Below, piece after piece: positions 46,991-56,426 of a stretch of 64,000 nucleotides of DNA. The notes under the pieces are model-generated. The model worked only from the letters and a program-made list of their open reading frames with translations, searched no databases and was not told the origin of the DNA. This DNA is from Candidatus Omnitrophota bacterium (lineage in GTDB: Bacteria; Omnitrophota; Gorgyraeia; Zapsychrales; Fredricksoniimonadaceae): contig CAWHFJ010000014.1 of assembly GCA_963828495.1 (NCBI GenBank), positions 105,538-169,537 of the forward strand, read 5' to 3'. How positions within the stretch are numbered: the first letter of the stretch is position 1; each line of letters starts with the position of its first letter. Made by a program: the position numbers and the translations under genes.

Positions 46991-47575
46991 TCATTTTAAT
47001 TTCGCCATGACGGTAAAATCCGCCACCTCAATAGAGTTCCTTTTGCCCCGCTGGATGGAATTGACTTCCAGCGAGGAAAAATCCTTCATAAAAACTTCAT
47101 TTTTCTTTAAAGCGGACACAAAATTCCCCACATTGGTAATTTCGTCATGATTTTTGGATACGGCACTCCCCTCCATCGTCAGACTGCTTTTATCTAAAAC
47201 CATTTTCCTCAACCACAAGCCTCTGGGCAAAGCATCACTGATGGCATTAAGCTTGGGAGACCACACTAAGGTTTTCTTGACCGCCATATCAGAAATGGCG
47301 TTGATTTTCTTTCTTAATTCCCGGGACTTACCGGAAATAGCGTCCAATTCATTTTTATCGGATGCCACCTTCTGCCATTGTAACTTCTCCAAAGACAAAT
47401 GCCCGGCGGTCATCAACCACCACGCCCCTAGAACCAAATGGACCGTTAAAATCAAAAAAACCACCCCTCCCGCCACCCCCAAAAGAATTTCCTGGGGGAT
47501 GTTAATCGAGAGAACCGACAGCCCGCCGCCGCTCTTTTTTCTAAGCGCAAGGGGAATTAAATTAATATTAATCAT
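46991..47575 (-). CDS. pilN: type IV pilus assembly protein PilN
   Basis: The ATG at 47575 (MININLIPLALRKK) forms an ATGA overlap with the pilM stop. One TM segment. The track ORF begins at the GTG at 47584. Confidence 0.82.
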   Translation of the reverse strand: MININLIPLALRKKSGGGLSVLSINIPQEILLGVAGGVVFLILTVHLVLGAWWLMTAGHLSLEKLQWQKVASDKNELDAISGKSRELRKKINAISDMAVKKTLVWSPKLNAISDALPRGLWLRKMVLDKSSLTMEGSAVSKNHDEITNVGNFVSALKKNEVFMKDFSSLEVNSIQRGKRNSIEVADFTVMAKLK

Positions 47576-48624
47576 GGATTGCACCCCAATCCTAAGGCAA
47601 CAGAAAACTGTACGGCATGACTCTGCATGTCGCCGGAACCCTCAGGCGTATGTAAATGCGCATGGGCCAGGGGGTCCCAAATTTTGACCCGCACTCCCAA
47701 ATTTTTCTCAAAGACGCCTTCCATGCCCTTCAATAATGAACCTCCGCCGCTTAAAAACAGCTCGTCCACCTGAACATTTTTCTCGGTCATAAAATAGTCC
47801 ATCGACAAACGGATTTCGGTGATCAGATTATTGATCGGCGTATCGCATGCATCCATGACTTGCTCTAACTTGTCCCCCGGATTGCATTTGATGGTCTCCG
47901 CTTGTTTGTCATCCACCCCCAAAGTATTGGCAATTTGCTTAGTCAACTCTTGACTGCCGACGAATATATCCCTGGCAAAACGCATGGATGAATTTTTAAA
48001 AATCATCAGAGAACTGATGGAACTGCCGATATCCAATACGGCTTGAGCATTGCCCGGGACACCCGCCGCCGGCCCCAGACACTTAAAGGCATTGGCTATA
48101 GCAATGGAGTTGAGGGTCAAACGATCCAACTCCAGACCTGCTTCTTTAAACAATTTTAAACGTTCATCCACCATTTCTTTTTTGACAGCCGCCAGCAAAA
48201 CAAACATTTTTTTATCTTTGCTTTCGGGATCTAAAATGGCACAGTCCGTATAAATGCTCTGGGGTTCAAAAGGAAGATATTTGTCCAAATCAAACACAAA
48301 AGATTTGCGTAAATCATCCAACGACATCCGGGGCATATCCAAATAGCGGAGCAATGAGCCTTTACCGGAAACCGCGGAAACCAAAACCTGATCATTCAAA
48401 TGCAGACGTTCGACAATTTTTTTTAAAGCCGCTTTTGAGTCGCCCCCTGCAATAGGCTCGATGGCCCAGCGGCGTATCTCCATCTTCCCGGCCAATGTCT
48501 CCACTTCCACCGCTTTGACGAAGCTGGTACCGATATCAATACCGACAACAGGAAGGGCTGCCGGCTTGGGGACCAAACGGTTGATTACTGTCAAGTATTG
48601 ATCAAATAAATTTTTAAAATTCAT
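47572..48624 (-). CDS. pilM: type IV pilus assembly protein PilM (actin-like ATPase fold)
   Basis: 350 aa. Contains VGIDIGTSFVKAVEV and ..LSGGGSLLKG... Confidence 0.9.
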   Translation of the reverse strand: MNFKNLFDQYLTVINRLVPKPAALPVVGIDIGTSFVKAVEVETLAGKMEIRRWAIEPIAGGDSKAALKKIVERLHLNDQVLVSAVSGKGSLLRYLDMPRMSLDDLRKSFVFDLDKYLPFEPQSIYTDCAILDPESKDKKMFVLLAAVKKEMVDERLKLFKEAGLELDRLTLNSIAIANAFKCLGPAAGVPGNAQAVLDIGSSISSLMIFKNSSMRFARDIFVGSQELTKQIANTLGVDDKQAETIKCNPGDKLEQVMDACDTPINNLITEIRLSMDYFMTEKNVQVDELFLSGGGSLLKGMEGVFEKNLGVRVKIWDPLAHAHLHTPEGSGDMQSHAVQFSVALGLGCNP

Positions 48625-48654
48625 AAATATATTCTAACAGTGTTGAGGTGATTT

Positions 48655-49614
48655 TCAAGGTTGCTGTTTAATTAACATTTCCAAAGAGGATTTACGTTTG
48701 TCTAAAACAACCATTTGAGAACGTAAATCATCCAAATCAGCTTTTAATCCGGCCTCCTGGCGCTTCAAATCATTCACACTGCCCTCCAATTGGCCCTGTT
48801 CGGCATGCTGACTGCCGGTCATCTGAGTCCTTGGGAATTTTGGGCCCATTTGTTTTAATAAATTCTTAAGCTGAGTATAATTTTGTTCCAATTTTCTTAA
48901 CTCCAACTCCAAAGCACCAAGCTGTGTATCATCCCATTGGGAGGAAGGTGAAGTCACGATTTGGCCTTCCAAATCCTTGATCTGTTCTTTTAAGACCTGC
49001 TGGTACGCCAAAAGACCGGCCGCAGAGGGCACAGGTGTTTGTTTTTCATAATCCAGGATGGAGGCATGCAGCGACTCTTGCCTGGCTTGGCTATCATAAA
49101 TCATTTTCATCAATTGTAATTTTTCTTTCTGTCGACGAGCTTCAAGCGGAGATTCTGCGTTTGGGGAAGACGGCAGGCCTTGCATGTCATTCATCTGCCG
49201 GAGTAACTGTTCGCGCTCTTGGTAGCCTGCCTGCAGGGCACCTTGAAGGGACTTGATCGCCTCAAGGGTCTTTTGAGTACGGTTATCTAAATCAAGGCTT
49301 TCTTCTTGTAAACGGGAAATCTGTTGGGCGCGGCGGGGATTATCACTGCGCAATCTCGCCGCCGTTTTATTTAAAAGGTCCTCTTGCTGCCGCAATTGCC
49401 CCAACTGGGCCTGCCATTGCTCAATGTCTTGTTTGACGGCATTGTTTTGAAGTGTTAGTCGCTGGTTATCCGCAGTCAATTGTTCGACGCTTTGTTTTAA
49501 ATGAGACAACACCTCTTGCAAGGCATCCGTCGCATAGGTCACATCATCCTGGGCCCAACAGCCCACAGGAAGCCCCGCCAATAGTACCGCCAGAAAAAAT
49601 TTACTGTATTTCAT
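48655..49614 (-). CDS. exported Gln/Leu-rich coiled-coil protein, function unknown
   Basis: 319 aa with signal peptide MKYSKFFLAVLLAGLPVGCWAQDD. The rest is almost entirely heptad-like (..QLRQQEDLLNKTAARLR.., ..LELELRKLEQNYTQLKNLLKQ..). Lies between pilC and pilM. Confidence 0.8.
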   Translation of the reverse strand: MKYSKFFLAVLLAGLPVGCWAQDDVTYATDALQEVLSHLKQSVEQLTADNQRLTLQNNAVKQDIEQWQAQLGQLRQQEDLLNKTAARLRSDNPRRAQQISRLQEESLDLDNRTQKTLEAIKSLQGALQAGYQEREQLLRQMNDMQGLPSSPNAESPLEARRQKEKLQLMKMIYDSQARQESLHASILDYEKQTPVPSAAGLLAYQQVLKEQIKDLEGQIVTSPSSQWDDTQLGALELELRKLEQNYTQLKNLLKQMGPKFPRTQMTGSQHAEQGQLEGSVNDLKRQEAGLKADLDDLRSQMVVLDKRKSSLEMLIKQQP

Positions 49615-49619
49615 AAATT

Positions 49620-50840
49620 TTATTTTTGAAGGGCCGATGTCATGCTCAAAATCGGCATAAACAACGCAATAACAACAAATCCTATCACAATCCCTAAAAA
49701 TCCTATAATTAAGGGTTCAATCAATTTGGTCAAGCCCTCCACCGCCGTATCCACCTGATCGTCGTAAAACTCCGCTACCTTAGCCAGCATCTTTTCTAAT
49801 TGCCCGGATTTTTCTCCTATCGCAATCATGCGCGTGACCATCAGCGGGAAAATGGGACTTTTAGATAAAGGCACCGCGATACTCTCGCCTCCCCTGACAC
49901 TGACTTTGATCTCATCGACTAAAAGTTCAATCACACGGTTCCCGCAAGTCTTGCCGACGATATCCAAGGATTCCAAAATAGGCACGCCGCTTTGACTTAA
50001 AGTGGCGAAGGTCCTGCAAAAACGGCTGACCGAAACCTTACAAATCAAATCCCCAAAAATCGGCAGCTTCAAAAGCCAAGTGTCTACCTGAAGATGGCCG
50101 ACAGGTGTCTGCCTATACTTGTTAAAGAAAAAACCCAAAACAACAATACCGGCAATGAGAAATAGAAGGTCATGTTGCAATAAACTGCTAAAATTGATCA
50201 ACAATTGGGTCATGGCCGGCAGCTCTTGCCCCAAAGAGGCATAAATCTGGGCAAAAGTAGGAACGACTTTCACTAACAGCCCTATCGTGATGATCATCGC
50301 CATGCTCACCACCACCGCCGGATAAATCATGGCCCCCTGCACCTTTTGACGCAGCTTATTGCTTTTTTCTAAATACCCGGATATCCGCTCAAGAATGTCC
50401 GTCAAAATACCGGCGCTTTCCCCGACCCGGATCATGTTGACATACAATGGGTCAAAAATCTTGGGATGTTTAGAAAAAGCACTGGAAAGGCTGCTGCCTA
50501 ATTGTATGTCTTCCCGGATAGAAAGAAGCGCCTGTCGGAATGAAACATTCGAGGTTTGTTCACTCAGAGCTTCCAAGGACTGCAAAATGGGTATCCCTGC
50601 ATCCACCATCGTGGCAAACTGGCGGGTGAAAACAACTAAATCTTCCGGCTTAACTTTTTTACCCCCACGGGATTTGACGCCGGATTTTTTAAAACCCGAT
50701 TCTTTTTCTTCCGCAATACCGAGAATGATCAAATTGCGCTTGCGCAGCTCGGCAACGATCATCGCTTCGCTTTCCGCGGCAATTTTACCGCTGACGTTTT
50801 TACCCTCTTGGTCACGCGCTGTATATTTATACGTTGGCAT
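49620..50840 (-). CDS. pilC: type IV pilus platform protein PilC (GspF family)
   Basis: 406 aa. Duplicated GspF domains with three TM segments. Confidence 0.92.
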   Translation of the reverse strand: MPTYKYTARDQEGKNVSGKIAAESEAMIVAELRKRNLIILGIAEEKESGFKKSGVKSRGGKKVKPEDLVVFTRQFATMVDAGIPILQSLEALSEQTSNVSFRQALLSIREDIQLGSSLSSAFSKHPKIFDPLYVNMIRVGESAGILTDILERISGYLEKSNKLRQKVQGAMIYPAVVVSMAMIITIGLLVKVVPTFAQIYASLGQELPAMTQLLINFSSLLQHDLLFLIAGIVVLGFFFNKYRQTPVGHLQVDTWLLKLPIFGDLICKVSVSRFCRTFATLSQSGVPILESLDIVGKTCGNRVIELLVDEIKVSVRGGESIAVPLSKSPIFPLMVTRMIAIGEKSGQLEKMLAKVAEFYDDQVDTAVEGLTKLIEPLIIGFLGIVIGFVVIALFMPILSMTSALQK

Positions 50841-50884
50841 TTTGGGCCCTCAACTGCCTTGCCCCCTCTCTAACAGGGGAATAT

Positions 50885-51367
50885 TCAATAGTGGCGCAGA
50901 ATGGCTTCTTGGATTTCCGTTTTAGTGGAAATAAAAGTCACAATGCGACATTGAGTTAAAGATTCTAAAAATATTTTTTTATCCTCAGTCAAAGGATTAA
51001 TCATCACCACACTTAAGATATCCCCGATACGGTCTAAGGCAATCACTTTTTCCTTTTGGGCTACCTCAAGAGGAATTAAACGGACAATCGTCGGGTCAAT
51101 AGTATATTTATTAACCGCAATATACGGCAGGCCCAGCTGTATGACCAGAGCCGCCACAATGTCCTGCTCATCAAGATAACCCAATTTAACTAAAATTTCA
51201 CCAATAAAATCATTTTCTAATTTGTCATCGAGTGAAGCGGGGCCCTGCGTATTCATGCGCAAAGACCGGTCTTTCTTCTGCAGGGCTAAGGCAGTTTCCA
51301 GCTGCTCGCGGGTAATCCTCTTGCGCTGGACCAAAATCTCTCCTAACAAAACATTATAGGCATCCAT
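50885..51367 (-). CDS. stand-alone GspE-N/MshEN domain protein
   Basis: 160 aa with no ATPase domain. Contains LLGEILVQRKRITREQLETALALQ and FIGEILVKLGYLDEQDIVAALVIQ, which match the MshEN 24-residue motif skeleton. Confidence 0.8.
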   Translation of the reverse strand: MDAYNVLLGEILVQRKRITREQLETALALQKKDRSLRMNTQGPASLDDKLENDFIGEILVKLGYLDEQDIVAALVIQLGLPYIAVNKYTIDPTIVRLIPLEVAQKEKVIALDRIGDILSVVMINPLTEDKKIFLESLTQCRIVTFISTKTEIQEAILRHY

Positions 51368-51391
51368 ACAAACGCCCCTAACCCTTCTTTT

Positions 51392-53089
51392 TTATTCATC
51401 TTCGGAGGCCACCCGAAAAACTTCTGTCAGCGAGGTTTCCCCCGCACACATTTTATCGACTACATCGTCAAAAAGCAATTTCATCCCCTGATTTTTTTGG
51501 GCATAGCGGGAAATGTCCCCGGATGATTTCCCTTTCAGGAGCATTTCACGGATCGTGTCATCGATTTGCAGGATTTCGGTCACGCCGACCCGTCCCAAAT
51601 ACCCTGTCCCCCGGCAGCGGTCGCAGCCTTGGCCCTCATAAAAAACAGTGTCCGCCTTGATTCTGTGCTGTATTCTTTTCAAAACCTCCGCAGAGATGTC
51701 CACGGGTTTTTTACAATGCGAACAAATGCGCCGGCAGAGGCGCTGGGCGCAGACTAAAATCAAACTGGAAGCCACCAAAAAAGGCTCCAGGCCCATATCG
51801 ATCAGACGCGTCACAGCACCCGAAGCATTATTGGTATGCAGGGTCGAAAGCACTAACTGACCCGTGAGGGACGCTTTAATGGCGATGTCCGCCGTCTCCG
51901 AATCACGGATTTCGCCCACCATCACCACATCCGGCGATTGGCGCAGGATCGCGCGTAACCCCGTTGCAAAATTAAGCCCTATATCCGGCTTGACTTCAAT
52001 TTGAGTCAGACCATCGACTAAATATTCCACCGGCTCTTCAATGGTAATGATATTCCTGTCCGGTGTATTGAGCTTATTAACCAATGAATACAACGTTGTG
52101 GATTTACCGCTGCCGGTCGGGCCCGTCACTAAAATCATCCCAAAAGGTCTATAGACTGATGCTTCCAGAACACTCACGGCATTGGGAGAAAAACCTAATT
52201 TGGACAAGCCCACCGATAGATTATTTTTATCCAATACCCGCATGACTATTTTTTGGCCGAAAGTCGTCGGCAGTAAAGACACGCGAAAATCGACTTCCTG
52301 CGCACCCACCCGCATTTTGAAACGCCCGTCCTGGGGGGTTTGAAAATTAGTAATATCCAAACCCGCCATGATTTTAATGCGTACCCCTACCGCATTCTTG
52401 CTTTCCTTAGGAATAGTCAATATGTCCTGTAATATCCCGTCGATGCGGAACCTCACACGCATCCCCTGCTCTAAAGGTTCCATGTGAATATCGGACGCCC
52501 TCTGACGAATCGCTTCCTTGATGACCAAATTGACGATACGAATAACCGGGGCCTGCTCGGCGACCTGCACATCCTCATCCTCTGAGGAAGTCTTCTGCAC
52601 GATTTCAAAGTCCGCCCCCTCCAAGTGTTGGGTCGCCTCAGCCATGGCCTCGATGGCGGAAACATAAAATTGGTCAATGGCCCGCATGATCTGACTTCCA
52701 GAGGCAATCACAATGTCAATTTCCTTGCCCGTCAGATTACGCAAATCATCCAGAATAAAAACGTTCAAAGGATCGCTAATGGCTATCGTCAGGGTATTGC
52801 CCAACAAAGACAGAGGCATCACCTGATACTGACGGGCGATTTTTTCTCCGATAATATGCTTGAGCCGTTCATCAAAACGGTATTTAGTCAAGTCAATGGA
52901 GGGTAGATGCAGCTCACGCATCAGCAGTACCAGCAAATCCTGCTCGGAAATAAGCCCCTGTTTAATCAGGGACTTGACCAACCCCAAGTTTTTGTCCCGC
53001 TGAGTATAGACCAGGGCGTCAACATCCGCCGGATTAATATTCGGCAGTGATTTGAGCGTCTTTAAAATTCTTTCCTGGATGGTATTCAT
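51392..53089 (-). CDS. PilB/GspE-family pilus assembly ATPase (copy 2)
   Basis: 565 aa. N-terminal GspE-N domain, Walker A GPTGSGKSTTLYS, and a tetracysteine site (CSHCKKP..GCDRCRGTGYLGRVG). Confidence 0.92.
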   Translation of the reverse strand: MNTIQERILKTLKSLPNINPADVDALVYTQRDKNLGLVKSLIKQGLISEQDLLVLLMRELHLPSIDLTKYRFDERLKHIIGEKIARQYQVMPLSLLGNTLTIAISDPLNVFILDDLRNLTGKEIDIVIASGSQIMRAIDQFYVSAIEAMAEATQHLEGADFEIVQKTSSEDEDVQVAEQAPVIRIVNLVIKEAIRQRASDIHMEPLEQGMRVRFRIDGILQDILTIPKESKNAVGVRIKIMAGLDITNFQTPQDGRFKMRVGAQEVDFRVSLLPTTFGQKIVMRVLDKNNLSVGLSKLGFSPNAVSVLEASVYRPFGMILVTGPTGSGKSTTLYSLVNKLNTPDRNIITIEEPVEYLVDGLTQIEVKPDIGLNFATGLRAILRQSPDVVMVGEIRDSETADIAIKASLTGQLVLSTLHTNNASGAVTRLIDMGLEPFLVASSLILVCAQRLCRRICSHCKKPVDISAEVLKRIQHRIKADTVFYEGQGCDRCRGTGYLGRVGVTEILQIDDTIREMLLKGKSSGDISRYAQKNQGMKLLFDDVVDKMCAGETSLTEVFRVASEDE

Positions 53090-53091
53090 AT

Positions 53092-54813
53092 CTATAGTGA
53101 ATCAGCCGCGGTCAAACGCACTACTTCCTCTAAAGTTGTCAGACCTTGGGAGGCCTTAATGACCGCATCCTCGCGCATGGTCGTCATTCCCTCGCTGCGC
53201 GCGACACTCTTGACTTCAGCCTCGGACGCTGAGGCCAAAATTAATTCTTTAATTTTATTGGTCAAAACCAATATTTCGGTGACCCCCACACGCCCCTTAT
53301 AGCCGGTATTCAGACATTTCTCACACCCTTTGGCCTTAAAAAAGATCCCGTCATGGTCCGGTATCAGTTCTTTAAGACGAAACTGCCGTACCATTTCAGG
53401 AGACGCCGTATAGCCCTCGCGGCATTTCAGGCATACACGTCTGACCAACCGCTGGGCCACAATGGCCACCACGGAGGATGTGATTAAAAACGGCTCAATC
53501 CCCATATTGATCATACGGGTAATAGATCCCGGCCCGGTGGTCGTGTGCAAAGAACTAACCACCAAATGCCCGGTCAAAGCCGCTTTAACCGCAATATCCA
53601 AAGTTTCCGAATCCCGGATTTCACCGATCAAAATCACATCCGGGTCCTGACGCAAAATCGAACGCAATGCCGCCGGAAAAGACAGGCCGAATTCAGAACG
53701 TATGTTCACCTGGTTAAATCCTTTGACCTGAAATTCCACCGGGTCTTCCACCGTCACGATATTTCTTCCCGGCGAATCGATATGTTTAAGGATCGAATAT
53801 AAGGTGGTCGTCTTTCCACTGCCGGTAGGCCCGCAGGCCAAAATCATGCCGTGAGGGCGCCCACAGCATTCTTTTAAACGCTTGATGGCCTTCGGTTCAA
53901 ACCCCAGCTTATCAATGTCCGCCATGTCCTGGTTCTTGTCCAAAACGCGCAAAACAATTTTTTCCCCCATGGCCGTCGGCAGCACATTGACCCGAAAATC
54001 CACTTCTTTATTTTGGGTCGTCTGTATCCTGAAACGCCCATCCTGCGGCAGACGGTGTTCGGCAATATCCAGACTCGAAATGACTTTGACGCGAGAGATC
54101 ACGGGAAAATGAAGGTTCTTGGACATACGGTCGATTTCCCGGATAAATCCGTCAATACGATAACGGATGCGTAAGCAGTTTTCCATAGGCTCAATAAACA
54201 CATCACTGGCCTTGGCCGCCACCGCCTGCTGGATGATCGTATTAGTCAAGATGATGATCGGGGCCTCTTCACTAAGGCTCTCAATTTCTTTTTTGTTCAG
54301 GTCCCTGCTGTCTTTAACTAACTCCAGATCTTCCGCCTCTTTGATGTCTTTAAGGATTTCCGCCAAATCCGAAGACGTGTCTTGGCCCCAACAACGGTCA
54401 ATGGTCACACGCATATCTTTAGGCCTGGCCAAAACAATACTCACGGACATGCCTGTCATGGCTTTAATATTATCAAGGGTAAACATATCCAGCGGATCAA
54501 CCACGGCAACGGTCATCTGGTCCTTGAGCCGGGAGATAGGGATAACTAAAAATTTCTCGGCCACTTCTTTAGGGATTAATTTCACCAGGGAGGGATCAAT
54601 TTTCAATAAATTCAAATTGATCAAGGGTAAATGCAGGGCTTCGCTTAAAACAACACTCAACTGATCTTCGGGTATCAGTTTGAGTTTGAGCAAAATACGG
54701 CTTAACTCCCCGCCAAATTTTTTCTGTTCCTCAAGGGCCCGCTTGAGATTCTCGGGGCTGACTAATTTATCCCGCAAAAGAATTTCTTTAAGTGTTTCTT
54801 GTATGGGCAACAT
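53092..54813 (-). CDS. pilB: PilB/GspE-family pilus assembly ATPase (copy 1)
   Basis: 573 aa. N-terminal GspE-N domain, Walker A GPTGSGKTTTLYS, and a tetracysteine site (CLKCREG..GCEKCLNTGYKGRVG). Confidence 0.92.
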   Translation of the reverse strand: MLPIQETLKEILLRDKLVSPENLKRALEEQKKFGGELSRILLKLKLIPEDQLSVVLSEALHLPLINLNLLKIDPSLVKLIPKEVAEKFLVIPISRLKDQMTVAVVDPLDMFTLDNIKAMTGMSVSIVLARPKDMRVTIDRCWGQDTSSDLAEILKDIKEAEDLELVKDSRDLNKKEIESLSEEAPIIILTNTIIQQAVAAKASDVFIEPMENCLRIRYRIDGFIREIDRMSKNLHFPVISRVKVISSLDIAEHRLPQDGRFRIQTTQNKEVDFRVNVLPTAMGEKIVLRVLDKNQDMADIDKLGFEPKAIKRLKECCGRPHGMILACGPTGSGKTTTLYSILKHIDSPGRNIVTVEDPVEFQVKGFNQVNIRSEFGLSFPAALRSILRQDPDVILIGEIRDSETLDIAVKAALTGHLVVSSLHTTTGPGSITRMINMGIEPFLITSSVVAIVAQRLVRRVCLKCREGYTASPEMVRQFRLKELIPDHDGIFFKAKGCEKCLNTGYKGRVGVTEILVLTNKIKELILASASEAEVKSVARSEGMTTMREDAVIKASQGLTTLEEVVRLTAADSL

Positions 54814-55262
54814 CAGCGAATTTCGTAATAACGTTTGATGGCATTGTTGATATCCGTCGCTGTACTGACAAATGCCTGCACCGAGCAGCCGGTCACACGT
54901 TCGATCTCCTCCAGGGCTTGCATATTCAAAGGATTACTCATCGCTAAAGTCAAACTTCTGCCGATTTTATCGATGGGAACAAGGCCATACTGCCTGCAAA
55001 GGTTAAGGGGAACAATGGCCACAACCTCAGGCGCAATTTCATAATTAGACAAAGGCAGGTAGGGAAAGCCATATTGACAGGTCAACGCCTGCACCACATC
55101 CTCTTCGGTCGCTAAGTGCAGCTGGACTAAAGCCTCTCCTAAAAGAATACCTTTGTCTTTTTGGTAAATCAACACTTCTTCCAGTTTGGCGCGGGTGATG
55201 GTCCCCCGCTCAACTAAAATTTCACCTAACTGCTTATTGACTGTTTTACTCAAATGTCTCAT
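54813..55262 (-). CDS. stand-alone GspE-N/MshEN domain protein
   Basis: 149 aa with no ATPase domain. QLGEILVERGTITRAKLEEVLIYQ, a 5-aa spacer (KDKGI), then LLGEALVQLHLATEEDVVQALTCQ. Confidence 0.8.
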   Translation of the reverse strand: MRHLSKTVNKQLGEILVERGTITRAKLEEVLIYQKDKGILLGEALVQLHLATEEDVVQALTCQYGFPYLPLSNYEIAPEVVAIVPLNLCRQYGLVPIDKIGRSLTLAMSNPLNMQALEEIERVTGCSVQAFVSTATDINNAIKRYYEIR

Positions 55263-55269
55263 ATCCTTT

Positions 55270-55298
55270 ACTATACTGATTCCCTAAGATATTGTCCA
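55270..55298 (-). promoter_or_regulatory. candidate promoter for the pilus cluster (leaderless geometry)
   Basis: The minus strand reads TGGACA (55298-55293), a 17-nt spacer, TATAGT (55275-55270), then 7 nt (AAAGGAT), then the ATG at 55262. Confidence 0.3.
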
Positions 55299-55307
55299 GT
55301 CCTGGTT

Positions 55308-56420
55308 TTAAAAAATAGTCCGTTTTTTACCCAAATTCAATAAAAACCCCAGCATGATGGCAAAAATCATAAAAGAGGTACGGCCATAACTGACTAAAGG
55401 CAGCGTAATCCCCACCACCGGCAAAAGCCCCATGACCATGCCGATATTAATCACCACCTGCATCGCTAAAATGCTGACAATGCCCACCGCCACCAATTGG
55501 CCAAAAGGATCTTTATTATGCCGGGCGATTTCAAAACCACAATAAATAATAATCCCGTAGCAATAGACTAAGAAGAGCCCGCCTAAAAGCCCCCATTCCT
55601 CGCCAATGACTGAAAAAATAAAATCTGTATGCCTCTCGGGCAAAAAATTTAATTGATTCTGCGTGCCGGAAAGCCAGCCCTTCCCCCACAATTCTCCGGA
55701 CCCGACCGCGATTTTTGACTGGGTAATGGTATATCCCGCGCCCAACGGGTCGAGGCTCGGATTAAGAAATACCAGCAGCCGATCTTTTTGATACGGTTTT
55801 AAAACATGCCAGGCCAGCGGGACCAGTAACCCGAAGCTCCCCAGCAAACAAAAAAACAAACGATGGGCCACACCGCTGGCATAAAGCATCACCAAAAAAA
55901 TACCCAGCAGCAAAATAGCTGTTCCCAAATCCGGCTGTTTAAAAACAAGGACCATGGAAATACTCATCAGCATCAAAGGCAAAACCAAATCTCCCCAAAT
56001 CTCGCGCACAGAGGAAGATAGACTAAAAGACAGTTTCGTCCGCCGCTGGCTGAAATAACGGCCCAAAAAAAAGATCATCGCCAATTTGCTGAGTTCCGAA
56101 GGCTGAAAGCTAAAACCGCCTATGGAAAACCAACGGGTGGCCCCCAGAGCCTGGCGTCCCATAAACAGCACCAAAAGCAAAAAACCCACACTGACGCCGT
56201 ATACAATATAAGCCACATCAAAAAATTTACGGTAATCCCCATGCCCCAGAAGCAGCATCAGCAAAATCCCAAGCCCGGCGCAAAAAAGCTGGTCGTAAAA
56301 CACGGATTGGTCCACCACATTATTATTAAAAGAAGCGCTGTACAGCGCCAGAAGGCCAAAGGCGATGATGATGAGGGTGTGGGTCCAAATGATTCTAGGT
56401 ATATGGCGCGCGGAAATCAT
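55308..56420 (-). CDS. SEDS-family peptidoglycan glycosyltransferase (FtsW/RodA/SpoVE)
   Basis: 370 aa with about 10 TM segments. Contains ..PERHTDFIFSVIGEEWG.. and ..LPLVSYGRTSF... Confidence 0.9.
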   Translation of the reverse strand: MISARHIPRIIWTHTLIIIAFGLLALYSASFNNNVVDQSVFYDQLFCAGLGILLMLLLGHGDYRKFFDVAYIVYGVSVGFLLLVLFMGRQALGATRWFSIGGFSFQPSELSKLAMIFFLGRYFSQRRTKLSFSLSSSVREIWGDLVLPLMLMSISMVLVFKQPDLGTAILLLGIFLVMLYASGVAHRLFFCLLGSFGLLVPLAWHVLKPYQKDRLLVFLNPSLDPLGAGYTITQSKIAVGSGELWGKGWLSGTQNQLNFLPERHTDFIFSVIGEEWGLLGGLFLVYCYGIIIYCGFEIARHNKDPFGQLVAVGIVSILAMQVVINIGMVMGLLPVVGITLPLVSYGRTSFMIFAIMLGFLLNLGKKRTIF

Positions 56421-56426
56421 AATAGT

